From: an uncultured bacterium
GTDB taxonomy: Bacteria; Actinomycetota; Acidimicrobiia; Spongiisociales; UBA5794
Assembly (NCBI GenBank): GCA_963801165.1
Contig: CAWDDT010000009.1
Span: 288,001-352,000 of the forward strand
DNA length: 64,000 nt
Direction of reading: 5' to 3'
This document shows positions 18,610-27,519 of this stretch, piece by piece. Below the pieces are notes generated by a model that ran no database searches, was not told where the DNA came from, and saw nothing but the letters and a program-made list of their open reading frames with translations. Position numbers and translations under genes: made by a program. Within the stretch, counting starts at the first letter, position 1. Every line of letters starts with the position of its first letter.

Positions 18610-19691
18610 TGTTGGATCTCTCGCTGGCCGATGACTTCCTCGCCAAGCTGCAACCGTCGGTGGCCTGGGTCGACGATCACATCGAGATCATCGACCAGAC
18701 CAAGCTGCCCGCCGAGCTCGAGATCCTCCAACTGCGCCGGGTCGACGAGGTGGTCGACGTTATCTACCGGCTGGCGGTGCGGGGGGCGCCCGCGATCGGG
18801 GCATGTGGCGCCCTCGGCATGGTCGTCGGCCTCGACGAAAGGCAGCCGCAAACCGCGGCCGACGCAGTTGCCGTGCTCGACGAGCTTGTGGAGACGATCG
18901 GCAACGCCCGGCCCACCGCGGTGAACCTGAGCTGGGCGGTGAAACGCCTGCGGGACGCCGCCGTGTCCGGAAGCGATGCCGCCGGGGTGAGACGGCTTGC
19001 CATGGCGGAAGCCCGGGCGATCATCGCCGAGGATCGCGACGCCTGCACCCGGATCGGTATCAACGGCCGCAAAGAGCTCGAGGGTCTGGACAAGATCCTC
19101 ACGCACTGCAACACAGGCAGACTCGCCACCGCCGGTTGGGGCACTGCTCTCGGCGTCGTCTATGCGAAGGCAGCGGCCGGTGAGCCGGTCGAGGTGCTTT
19201 CCTCCGAAACACGGCCGCTGTTGCAAGGTGCCCGGCTGACAACCTGGGAGTTGCACGACGCCGGTATCCCGGTGACCCTCATGCCGGACGGAGCCAGCTC
19301 CACGGCGATGGCGCAGGGCAAGGTCCAGGCGGTCATTGTCGGCGCCGATCGGATTGCTGCCAACGGCGACACCGCCAACAAGATCGGGACCCTTACCCAC
19401 GCCGTCAACGCCAGGTTCGCCGGGATCCCTTTCTACGTGGCCGCTCCGCTCTCGACGTTCGATACCTCTTTGAGCAGCGGCGCCGGGATAGAGATCGAGC
19501 TGCGGCCCGATGACGAGATGAGGAGGTGGCGGTCGGAGCCGACCGCCCCGGGCGACATTGCGGTGTGGAACCCCGCCTTCGACGTGACCCCCGCCGATTT
19601 GATCACCGCAATCATCACCGAGGTTGGGGTGCTGAAGCCCCCCTATGAGGAGTCGATCCGGGTCGCCTTCGAGGCTGGAGGGAAACCGTGA
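18609..19691 (+). CDS. mtnA: S-methyl-5-thioribose-1-phosphate isomerase (paralog 2)
   Basis: IDQTKLP, VRGAPAIG, RPTAVNL, THCNTGRLATAGWGTALG, ETRPLLQGARLT, GDTANKIGT, NPAFDVTP. Confidence 0.92.
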   Translation: MLDLSLADDFLAKLQPSVAWVDDHIEIIDQTKLPAELEILQLRRVDEVVDVIYRLAVRGAPAIGACGALGMVVGLDERQPQTAADAVAVLDELVETIGNARPTAVNLSWAVKRLRDAAVSGSDAAGVRRLAMAEARAIIAEDRDACTRIGINGRKELEGLDKILTHCNTGRLATAGWGTALGVVYAKAAAGEPVEVLSSETRPLLQGARLTTWELHDAGIPVTLMPDGASSTAMAQGKVQAVIVGADRIAANGDTANKIGTLTHAVNARFAGIPFYVAAPLSTFDTSLSSGAGIEIELRPDDEMRRWRSEPTAPGDIAVWNPAFDVTPADLITAIITEVGVLKPPYEESIRVAFEAGGKP

Positions 19692-20587
19692 GCGAATGGA
19701 AGCAGGCGACCCAAGCGGTTGCCGACGGCATACGCCGGCGGGTGCTCGAGCACGTACTCGCCAACAACGGCGGATATATGAGCCAGGCATGCTCCGCGGC
19801 TGAGATCTTTGCGATGTTGTATTCCCGGGTGATGAACCTCGGTGCCAGCCAGGCCCCTCTCGAGCCTCGCCGGTTTGCGGGCGTGCCCGGCCCGGGAGTG
19901 CCCTTCATCACCGGCGCTGACTACAACGGGCCCCGCGGACCCGGGTACGACCGCTTCATCTTCTCCCCGGCTCACTATGCATTGGTGCTGTATGCCACCC
20001 TGATCGAGGTTGGCAGGCTTGCCGAGAGGGGGCTTGATCACTTCAACGAAGATGGCAGCACGGTCGAGATGATCGGTGCCGAGCATTCCCCCGGTGTCGA
20101 GACCACCACCGGGTCTCTCGCTCAAGCGTTGAGCCAGGCCGGCGGTATCGCCCTGGCACGCAAGCTGCGTGGCGACACCGGCAACGTCTGGGTGATGATG
20201 TCCGACGGTGAGTTTCAGGAGGGACAAACCTGGGAGGCCGTCGCACAGGTCGCCCGCTTCGAACTCGACAACCTCAGGGTCATCGTCGATGCGAACGGCC
20301 AGCAATGCGACGGCTGTCTCGACGAGGTGGAGACGGCCGACCCGTTGACAAACAGGATCCGGGCGTTCGGTGCCAGCGCCATCGAGAGCAACGGGCACGA
20401 TCTCGACGGTCTGGAAGAGGCGATGACTATGGCGACCGGCAAGCCGCACTTCGTGATTGCCCGGACGGACCCGGTGCGCGGGCTTCCTCTGTTTGCGGAT
20501 AGAGCACCCCTGTTGCACTACTTGCGTTTCACCTCACCCGAGGAGAGGGCCCGTTACGAGGCGGCTTACGAAGAGATGGTGAGTTGA
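19688..20587 (+). CDS. Transketolase-like ThDP enzyme, N-terminal subunit
   Basis: DRFIFSPAH, PGVETTTGSLAQ, SDGEFQEGQTWEA...DANGQQ ThDP-binding motif. Confidence 0.88.
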   Translation: MSEWKQATQAVADGIRRRVLEHVLANNGGYMSQACSAAEIFAMLYSRVMNLGASQAPLEPRRFAGVPGPGVPFITGADYNGPRGPGYDRFIFSPAHYALVLYATLIEVGRLAERGLDHFNEDGSTVEMIGAEHSPGVETTTGSLAQALSQAGGIALARKLRGDTGNVWVMMSDGEFQEGQTWEAVAQVARFELDNLRVIVDANGQQCDGCLDEVETADPLTNRIRAFGASAIESNGHDLDGLEEAMTMATGKPHFVIARTDPVRGLPLFADRAPLLHYLRFTSPEERARYEAAYEEMVS

Positions 20588-20588
20588 G

Positions 20589-21596
20589 ATGGAGATCGTC
20601 AAGCGGCCGCACGTTCAGAATTTCATCGATTGGAGTCGCGATAAGCCCGAGGTGGTCGTCCTCACCGCCGATCTGACCAACTCGAGCGAGGTGGGGCAAT
20701 GGCGGGACACCTACCCCGACCGCTTCTTTGCGATGAAGATGGCCGAGCAGAACATGATGGGTTTCGCCGCCGGGCTTGCCCGCGAGGGCTACGAGCCGTG
20801 GATACACACCTTCGCCGTGTTCATCTACCGGCGTCCGCTCGATCAGCTTGCCATGTCGATCGCATACCCCAACCTTCCGGTGCGGTTTGTCGGGTTCCTC
20901 CCCGGGATCACGACTCCAGGCGGGGTCACTCACCAGGCTATTGAGGATCTCGCCGTGATGCGGGCGACGCCGAACATGACCATCCTCGAGACCGGCGACG
21001 CCACCGAGGTAGAGAGCGTGCTCGATGTCGCCCACGGTGTCGAAGGGCCCGTCTACATCCGGATGTTGCGAGGCGAGGTACCCCGGTTGTTCGCCAAAGA
21101 CGAGCCGATGCGGCTCGACAAGGTCAGGGTGCTCAGCGAGGGCGACGACGTCACCGTGTTCACCGCCGGTATCACCACAGAAGAGGCCATGCGAGCGGCC
21201 GCTCCTCTCGCCGCTGCCGGGGTCGGGATGACCCATGTCCATGTCTCGACCCACAAGCCGTTCAGCGATCCCCTGATCGTCGAGTCGATCAAACGCGCCA
21301 GGTACGGCGTGATGACGCTGGAGAACCACACGATCATCGGTGGCCTCGGCTCGGCGGTGGCTGAGTTGATGGCGGAGAACGCCGTCGGGCAACGTCTTGT
21401 CAGGCTGGGTCTGCGTGACACGTACGCTCACGGCGCCAGCCGGCAGTACCTGATGAAGGAGTACGGTCTCGATGCCCCCGCTCTTGTGAAGGGCATCGAA
21501 GACCTCCTCGGGAGACCGACGGGGATCACGGAGCCGGATCTCGAAGCGGTGCGTATCGAAGCCGTCCATAGCATGGCCAAGGCGGAGGCGCTGTGA
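20589..21596 (+). CDS. Transketolase-like ThDP enzyme, C-terminal subunit
   Basis: LTADL, AEQNMMGFAAGLA, THQAIED, GPVYIR, ENHTIIGGLGSAVAE. Confidence 0.9.
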   Translation: MEIVKRPHVQNFIDWSRDKPEVVVLTADLTNSSEVGQWRDTYPDRFFAMKMAEQNMMGFAAGLAREGYEPWIHTFAVFIYRRPLDQLAMSIAYPNLPVRFVGFLPGITTPGGVTHQAIEDLAVMRATPNMTILETGDATEVESVLDVAHGVEGPVYIRMLRGEVPRLFAKDEPMRLDKVRVLSEGDDVTVFTAGITTEEAMRAAAPLAAAGVGMTHVHVSTHKPFSDPLIVESIKRARYGVMTLENHTIIGGLGSAVAELMAENAVGQRLVRLGLRDTYAHGASRQYLMKEYGLDAPALVKGIEDLLGRPTGITEPDLEAVRIEAVHSMAKAEAL

Positions 21597-22726
21597 TGAT
21601 CGAGCCGACTTCCCTCACCGTCAGCGGCGGCCGAATCGAAGCCGTATACGAGTTCTATGGTGACGTTGCCGAGGCGGAAGCGCGCGTCGATGCCTTGCGG
21701 GTGGAACAGACGATCGAGTTCCCGGCCGACCTCGTCCCGGATGACGACATCCAGCGGGAGGTCGTCGGCCGTGTCGAGTCGCTCGAAGTAGTAGGCGACG
21801 ATGTGACGCGTGCCGCGATCAGCTATGCCGTGGAGGACACCGGGTTCGAACTCCCCCAGCTCATGAACGTCCTGTGGGGAAATAGCGCCTTGCTGCCGGG
21901 AATCCGGCTCGTGGACTTCACCCTGCCAGATTCTCTGCTGGAGTACTTTCCCGGACCGACGTACGGAATCGCGGGTCTCCGCGAGATGTTCGACGCACCG
22001 TCCCGTCCTCTGCTGGCGACTGCGCTGAAACCGATGGGTCTGTCGTCCGAGCGGCTGGCCGGCGAGGCATACGAGCTTGCGCTGGGTGGAATCGACATGA
22101 TCAAGGACGACCACAGCCTCGCCAACCAGCCTTTTGCCCCGTTCGCAGAGCGGGTGCAGCGCTGCGCCGAGGCGGTGGCCAAGGCGAACGAGCAGACCGG
22201 TTTCGGGGCCGTCTATATGCCGAGCATCAACGCCCCGTACAACGAGCTGGAGCGGCGTGTGGAGGTTGCCCTGGACGCCGGCGCAGGTGCGTTTCTCGTC
22301 CTCCCCGGTCTCACCGGGTTCGATCAGATGCGCTATTTGGCCTCCGAGGTCGACGTCCCCATCATGGGGCACCCCGCCTTCCTCGGCTCGTACTCTGCCT
22401 CCCCGACAAACGGCATTGCCCACGGCAAGCTGTACGGAACGTTGATGCGTCTCGCCGGTGCCGACCTCTCGATCTTTCCGAACTTTGGCGGCCGATTCAG
22501 TTTCACCCGTGAAGAATGCCGTGACGTCGCCGAGCGCCTCACCGAGCCGCTTGGCGACTTGAAGCCGGCGTTCCCGGCACCGGGTGGAGGCATGACTCTC
22601 TCGAGAGTTAGCGAGATAGTCGACTTCTACGGCAACGACGCGGCGCTTCTCATCGGCGGCGATCTCTATCGTGGGGAGAGCCTGGCGAGAACCGCAGCCG
22701 CCTTTCGCGAAGCGGTATCCGCCTGA
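21593..22726 (+). CDS. RuBisCO-like protein, form IV (KDDH type, resembling 5-methylthioribulose-1-P 1,3-isomerase)
   Basis: EQTIE, GNSAL, FPGP.YG, ALKPMG, GGIDMIKDDH, HPAF, PGGG motifs; only 377 aa; no small subunit or PRK. Confidence 0.88.
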   Translation: MMIEPTSLTVSGGRIEAVYEFYGDVAEAEARVDALRVEQTIEFPADLVPDDDIQREVVGRVESLEVVGDDVTRAAISYAVEDTGFELPQLMNVLWGNSALLPGIRLVDFTLPDSLLEYFPGPTYGIAGLREMFDAPSRPLLATALKPMGLSSERLAGEAYELALGGIDMIKDDHSLANQPFAPFAERVQRCAEAVAKANEQTGFGAVYMPSINAPYNELERRVEVALDAGAGAFLVLPGLTGFDQMRYLASEVDVPIMGHPAFLGSYSASPTNGIAHGKLYGTLMRLAGADLSIFPNFGGRFSFTREECRDVAERLTEPLGDLKPAFPAPGGGMTLSRVSEIVDFYGNDAALLIGGDLYRGESLARTAAAFREAVSA

Positions 22727-22756
22727 TCGATCCTCGCCGGCAGCGGCGAGCCCGTA

Positions 22757-23692
22757 TCAGGCGAGAAGTGCCCTGGCGAGACCGTCGTCGATGGCCAGTT
22801 CGTTGATGATGCCTGCGGCGATTGCTCCCTTGACCGGTTCCACCTTCTCAACTCCGCCCGCGGCCGCGATGACCCGTTTCGAAGCCCTCAGATCGTCGAG
22901 TGTCAGTGAGATGGGGTGTAGTGCGTCCGGTTTCACGGCGTTGCCATCTGCGTCGTAATACAGGCCAAAAACCTCTCCGACCGCGCCTGCGGCGATGATT
23001 TCCTCCATGGCGTCTTCATCGAGATAGCCGGCCTGCACCAGGAGCGACTCGGGGCCGATGACGCCCACGGCCACCATCACCATGTCGGCCTTGCGGGCGC
23101 GCTCGAGCGCCGTCGCCACCGGCTCGGATGCGAAGAAGTTGCCGGCGACCTCGGCCGATGGGGCGAATCCAGGGGATGGGATGTGCATGACTCTGGCGCC
23201 GAACTTCAGCCCCAACGTGTTCGTGACCTCGACCGCGGGGGCGATGTTGGCCGTGGTCGTGTGACCGAAAGCGTCCACCAGCGTCACTCCGGAGGTACGT
23301 GTGCGCCGCGCTCGTTGGGCGGCGGCACCAAGCGTTCGTCCCCACCCGGCCGCAATCGTGGTCGAGCCGGTTGCCACCATATGCTCCAATCTGCGGGCCA
23401 TGGCAGTTGCGGCCCCCTCTCGGGGTGACTCGCCATCGAGCGCTACCTCGACGGTAGCCCCGGCCAGCCCGTACTTCTCGATGAGTTCCTCAGCCAGGCT
23501 CGCGGTCTCCGGCAGCGGCTCAGTTACGATCACGCGCACGATGCCGTCGCGGGCAGCGTCGGCGAGGAGACGGCTCACCGTTGACCGGGAGATCCCCAAC
23601 CGATCGGCAACGGCCTGTTGATTGAAACTACGCTCGTGATAGAGCCAGGCCGCCCGGATTGCGAGCTCTCTGCGAGGATTGTCGTCGTCCAC
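22757..23692 (-). CDS. SorC/DeoR/LsrR-family sugar-binding transcriptional regulator
   Basis: AAWLYH...QQAVADRLGISRSTVSRLL HTH; GWGRT, GAVGEV, AGGVEK, LAID sugar-binding domain. Confidence 0.92.
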   Translation of the reverse strand: MDDDNPRRELAIRAAWLYHERSFNQQAVADRLGISRSTVSRLLADAARDGIVRVIVTEPLPETASLAEELIEKYGLAGATVEVALDGESPREGAATAMARRLEHMVATGSTTIAAGWGRTLGAAAQRARRTRTSGVTLVDAFGHTTTANIAPAVEVTNTLGLKFGARVMHIPSPGFAPSAEVAGNFFASEPVATALERARKADMVMVAVGVIGPESLLVQAGYLDEDAMEEIIAAGAVGEVFGLYYDADGNAVKPDALHPISLTLDDLRASKRVIAAAGGVEKVEPVKGAIAAGIINELAIDDGLARALLA

Positions 23693-23700
23693 TAGCGGGA

Positions 23701-23748
23701 AGTATCATCCTTCCGCGAGCATTTGTCTAACCCACGCACATTTGTGCA
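23701..23748. promoter_or_regulatory. Divergent promoter region with operator boxes
   Basis: CGCACATTTGTGCA at 23735-23748 plus degenerate CGAGCATTTGTCTA at 23716-23729; matches the 9153 box. Confidence 0.65.
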
Positions 23749-23768
23749 CGGGCGTCTGGGAGGCGAAG

Positions 23769-24221
23769 ATGAGAACGTCGGGTGTCCTTCATCCAGGGCT
23801 GATCGAACTCATCGCGGCGGCTGGTCACGGCGATCATATCGTGCTGGCCGATGCCGGTCTTCGGATCCCCGACGACAAGGCACGTATCGACCTCGGTGTT
23901 ACTTGTGGTGTGCCAACGATGGCGCAGGTAGTGGCTGCGGTGAAGCAAGAGTTGGTGATCGAGGCGGCAATCGTCGCCACCGAGTTCTCCGACTGGAATC
24001 CGGACGTCTATCGCGACGTCACCGGTCTTCTCGAAGTTGAGCCGACGGCGAAACCGCACGCCGAACTGATGGCCGACGCTGCAGAATCAGCGTTTGCGTA
24101 TGTGAAAACGGGTGAGTGCACAGCCTATTCGAGCGTTGTACTGGTATGCGGTGTGAATTACCTGGACGAGGCGGTGGCGTTGTACAAGGAGCTGCACCCG
24201 GTGGCCCCTGATCCGTTCTGA
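23769..24221 (+). CDS. rbsD: D-ribose pyranase (RbsD/FucU family)
   Basis: GHGDHIVLADAGL, IDLGV, VKTGECTAYSSV. Confidence 0.85.
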   Translation: MRTSGVLHPGLIELIAAAGHGDHIVLADAGLRIPDDKARIDLGVTCGVPTMAQVVAAVKQELVIEAAIVATEFSDWNPDVYRDVTGLLEVEPTAKPHAELMADAAESAFAYVKTGECTAYSSVVLVCGVNYLDEAVALYKELHPVAPDPF

Positions 24222-24263
24222 CGGATCGGCGGTGCCGGTCCGGGGACTAGCCTCGCCGCGCTG

Positions 24264-25091
24264 ATGACCCTTTTTCTCGCCCTCGCCGGCGCCGTGTGCT
24301 ACGGGTTCGCCGATTTCTCCGGTGGTTACGCCTCGAAGCGATTGCCGCCGTGGGGCGTAGTGGCGTGGTCGCAGCTGATCGGGCTCGCTGCGCTTGGTGC
24401 CGGGCTCGTCATTTTCCCGGCGGACCGGGTCACTCTCGGGGACGTCTTCTGGGGCGCTCTCGGCGGACTGGGCGGATCGGTCGCGATCGGTCTGCTCTAT
24501 CGCGCTCTGGCCGAAGGCACTATGGCGATCATCTCGCCCGTCACGGCGGCGACCACAGCTGCGATCCCGGTCGTCGTCGATCTCGTCTCAGGCGGGACGC
24601 TGGCCCCGTTGGCGGTGGTCGGGGTGCTGCTCGCACTGGCAGCAATCACGATGATTGCGGGCGAGAGGTCGATCACACGTATCAGCGTCCGGCTGCTGGT
24701 CATGGCTTTGGCGGCCGGAACCGGGTTCGCTCTCTTCTTCATCGCCATCGCCCAGACCTCCGAAGCGAGTGGCTTCTGGCCTCTCGTCTCAGCCAGAGTG
24801 GTCACCATCCCGCTTGCGGCGCTGCTCCACGCGTCGATAGAGCCAAAGGTCCGGCCTTCCAGGTTTGATGTGCGTTGGGTGGCGGCGGCGGGTGCGCTCG
24901 ACATGACCGCCAACCTGCTGGTCGCCGCCGCGCTACAGCGAGGGCCGCTTGGGATCGTGTCGGTGCTGACTTCGCTGTACCCGGTGGTAACCGCACTGTC
25001 GGCCGTGATCATCCTGCGCGAGCGACTGTCTCGTGTCCAGGTGGCTGCCGTGGCGTGTGCCGTGACCGCGGTCGCGCTACTCGTCGCTTGA
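24264..25091 (+). CDS. EamA/DMT family transporter
   Basis: About 10 TM helices; YGFADFSGG, SLYPVVT, ILRERLS. Confidence 0.88.
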   Translation: MTLFLALAGAVCYGFADFSGGYASKRLPPWGVVAWSQLIGLAALGAGLVIFPADRVTLGDVFWGALGGLGGSVAIGLLYRALAEGTMAIISPVTAATTAAIPVVVDLVSGGTLAPLAVVGVLLALAAITMIAGERSITRISVRLLVMALAAGTGFALFFIAIAQTSEASGFWPLVSARVVTIPLAALLHASIEPKVRPSRFDVRWVAAAGALDMTANLLVAAALQRGPLGIVSVLTSLYPVVTALSAVIILRERLSRVQVAAVACAVTAVALLVA

Positions 25092-26969
25092 CGGTTCTCC
25101 GCCTGATTTGTGAGGCGTCTTCAGGGGAAGCCTGATCACGAAGACGGCACCCGGATTTCCGCTCTCGATCCTGACTTCTCCCTGGTGCTTGTCGACGATG
25201 ACCGACCGGGCGATCGACAGACCCTGCCCGGAGCCCTTGCCGACGTCCTTCGTGGTGAAGAAGGGATCGAAGATCCTGTCCGCTATCTCCGGAGGAACGC
25301 CCGGTCCGTTGTCGGCCACGCGGATTTCCACGTACTCGCCATCCTGCCGGCTGGATACGCGGATGCGCCCCTTGCCGGCGTCGTCGCTGCGGTGCTCGCC
25401 GATGGCTTGTGCGCTGTTGACGATCATGACGAGCAGGGTCTGACCGAGCGGTCCAGGGAGACCTTGAATCAGTGGGAGGTCCTTGTCGAGATCGAGCTTC
25501 AGTTCGGCCACGTACTTCCATTCGTTGCGTGACACCTGGGCCGTGGTGCGGATGACACGATTGATATCGACCGATGTCTTGGTGTCGGAGCCGGGATGGG
25601 CGAATTCCTTCATCGCTCGCACGATCTCGGCCACGCGGTTTGCGCCATCCAGGGTCTCCTCAATCGCGACCGGTACCTCCTCCATCAGGAACTCGAGGTC
25701 CTTCTCCTGCCAGAGCTCGGTCATCTTCCGGACCTCGTCGAGGTACAGGCCGTCCTGCTCGACCTTTTCGAGGAACTCTTCCGCACCGGCGACGACTTCC
25801 CGGAAGGACTCGACCGCGTCCTTGATGAACGTCGTGTTGTCGGACACAAACTGGATGGGGGTGTTGATCTCATGGGCGATGCCCGCCGCGAGTGAGCCGA
25901 TTGCCTCCAGCTTCTGGGCCGAGAGCAGCTTGGTCTGGGTTCGCTTGAGCGCCTCGTGCGCCTCCTGCAACGAGTCGCGGCTTCGCCGGATCTCCTCGTA
26001 TAGAGCGGCATTGCGGATAGCGACCGCTGCCTGTGCTGCAGCCATGCGAACTAGTGAACGATCGAGGTCGTTGAAGCGGCGGGCATCAGGTCCGTTAGTG
26101 GCCAGTACCGCTCCCAGCGCGGTGTCGTCAACGACGATGGGCGCTTCCACGATGGACGCTTCCACGATGGACGCTTCCACGATGGGCGCTTCCACGATGG
26201 ACGAACCGCTCTCGGTGCGAGCCAGTGTGGCCTCGTGGTGTGATTCGAGCACGGCCCCCGCATCGATCAGGCCCCGAGCAGCACGTGTGACAGGCTCGCC
26301 CGTCTCCTCGTCGAACATCACGATGACACAGGCATCGGCGTCGATCAGAGAGATCGTCGATTCCACCAGCAATTGGAGGATCGCGTCCACGTCCAGGATG
26401 GCGGCTATTCCCCGGCCCACGTCGATCAAGGTCTCGAGCTGCTCGACATGCTTCTGCATCTCCCTTTCCGAAGCGACATGCTCGCTGACGTCGCGGATGA
26501 GCACGACCACCTGCGAATAGTCCGGCTCCCCATCGGTCACCGGGGCCGCCCAGTCGAGCTGGCATTCGATGTCGGCTCCCCCGAGATCGATGCCCGACAT
26601 CTCGACGTGGAGATGACTCTCACGGTTCCACACCGCCATTATCTGGTCGACGAGAGAACCAAGAGCACCCTCGTTCAGCAGTTCACCCGGAATCTTGCCC
26701 AGCAGCTGCGCCGGATCGTCGGACCCGACGAAATCGGCGGCATGCCGGTTCACATCGACCACGACGACGCTGGAGACGACGGTTCGCAACAGATCCAGGT
26801 CCGCTTCGAGCTCGGCACGGAGGTCGGTAACACCGGCGGCACGGCGGGTTTCACACAATGCGGCTACCCCACTCCAGTCCTCGAGCCAGATCGGTGCAGG
26901 GGCGATCTCGAGTAACACCCGGTCGTTGGGGCTGAGGCTGGAGGGTTTCGACTCTCGAATAGCGACCAA
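25077..26969 (-). CDS. Sensor histidine kinase (PAS-GAF-HisKA-HATPase)
   Basis: [13 protein letters not shown]-box, [19 protein letters not shown]; N-terminal [12 protein letters not shown]-like region. Confidence 0.92.
   Translation of the reverse strand: MVAIRESKPSSLSPNDRVLLEIAPAPIWLEDWSGVAALCETRRAAGVTDLRAELEADLDLLRTVVSSVVVVDVNRHAADFVGSDDPAQLLGKIPGELLNEGALGSLVDQIMAVWNRESHLHVEMSGIDLGGADIECQLDWAAPVTDGEPDYSQVVVLIRDVSEHVASEREMQKHVEQLETLIDVGRGIAAILDVDAILQLLVESTISLIDADACVIVMFDEETGEPVTRAARGLIDAGAVLESHHEATLARTESGSSIVEAPIVEASIVEASIVEAPIVVDDTALGAVLATNGPDARRFNDLDRSLVRMAAAQAAVAIRNAALYEEIRRSRDSLQEAHEALKRTQTKLLSAQKLEAIGSLAAGIAHEINTPIQFVSDNTTFIKDAVESFREVVAGAEEFLEKVEQDGLYLDEVRKMTELWQEKDLEFLMEEVPVAIEETLDGANRVAEIVRAMKEFAHPGSDTKTSVDINRVIRTTAQVSRNEWKYVAELKLDLDKDLPLIQGLPGPLGQTLLVMIVNSAQAIGEHRSDDAGKGRIRVSSRQDGEYVEIRVADNGPGVPPEIADRIFDPFFTTKDVGKGSGQGLSIARSVIVDKHQGEVRIESGNPGAVFVIRLPLKTPHKSGGEPSSDE
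26134..26203. repeat. 15-bp tandem repeat, ~4.7 copies, in frame in the kinase (IVEA[P/S])
   Basis: Unit ACGATGGRCGCTTCC starting at 26134, 26149, 26164, 26179 and a partial copy at 26194. Confidence 0.95.
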
Positions 26970-27137
26970 GACGCGTCTCCTCGCGGTCTATGTACACCCG
27001 TCGGCGACGACGCCTGAGCGATAAGCGACCGGGCTGGTGAGATGTTGCAGAACGGTGGGAATGACGCGGTCGGGCCGTGCGTTGCACCGGCGACAACAAC
27101 GTGCGTGACACTTGCGCGCTATCTACGCTGGGCCGAT

Positions 27138-27515
27138 ATGGAACTCGACCGGATACTCATCAAGGACCTGAGCGTCTCAGGGATCCTCGGCATAAATCCC
27201 GAGGAACGGGTCACCGAGCAGGAGATCCTGGTGAACGCGGTGCTCTGGACCGACACCAGCGGGGCCGCTCGCAGCGACGACATCGATGACGCCGTCAACT
27301 ACAGAACCGTCACCAAGGCGCTGATCGACCACATCCGCCGTGGTGAGCCGAAGCTGGTCGAGCGGCTGGTTCAGGAGCTGGTCGACGTCTGCTTCGCCAC
27401 GGAGCCGCACATAGCTCAGGTCGAGATGACCGTCGAGAAGCCAGGGGCGCTGCGTTACGCCCGATCCGTTGGCGTTTCGATAACCCGCCGGAGGCAACCG
27501 GCATCGGAGGAGTAG
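27138..27515 (+). CDS. folB: Dihydroneopterin aldolase/epimerase (FolB/FolX family)
   Basis: [39 protein letters not shown]. Confidence 0.85.
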   Translation: MELDRILIKDLSVSGILGINPEERVTEQEILVNAVLWTDTSGAARSDDIDDAVNYRTVTKALIDHIRRGEPKLVERLVQELVDVCFATEPHIAQVEMTVEKPGALRYARSVGVSITRRRQPASEE

Positions 27516-27519
27516 CAGG

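Noticed and set aside
21593-22726. CO2-fixing RuBisCO / Calvin cycle (RuBisCO fold next to transketolase)
   Set aside because: KDDH rather than KDDE, short length, no small subunit or phosphoribulokinase
26134-26203. CRISPR array
   Set aside because: Contiguous 15-bp units without spacers, inside a CDS, no cas genes
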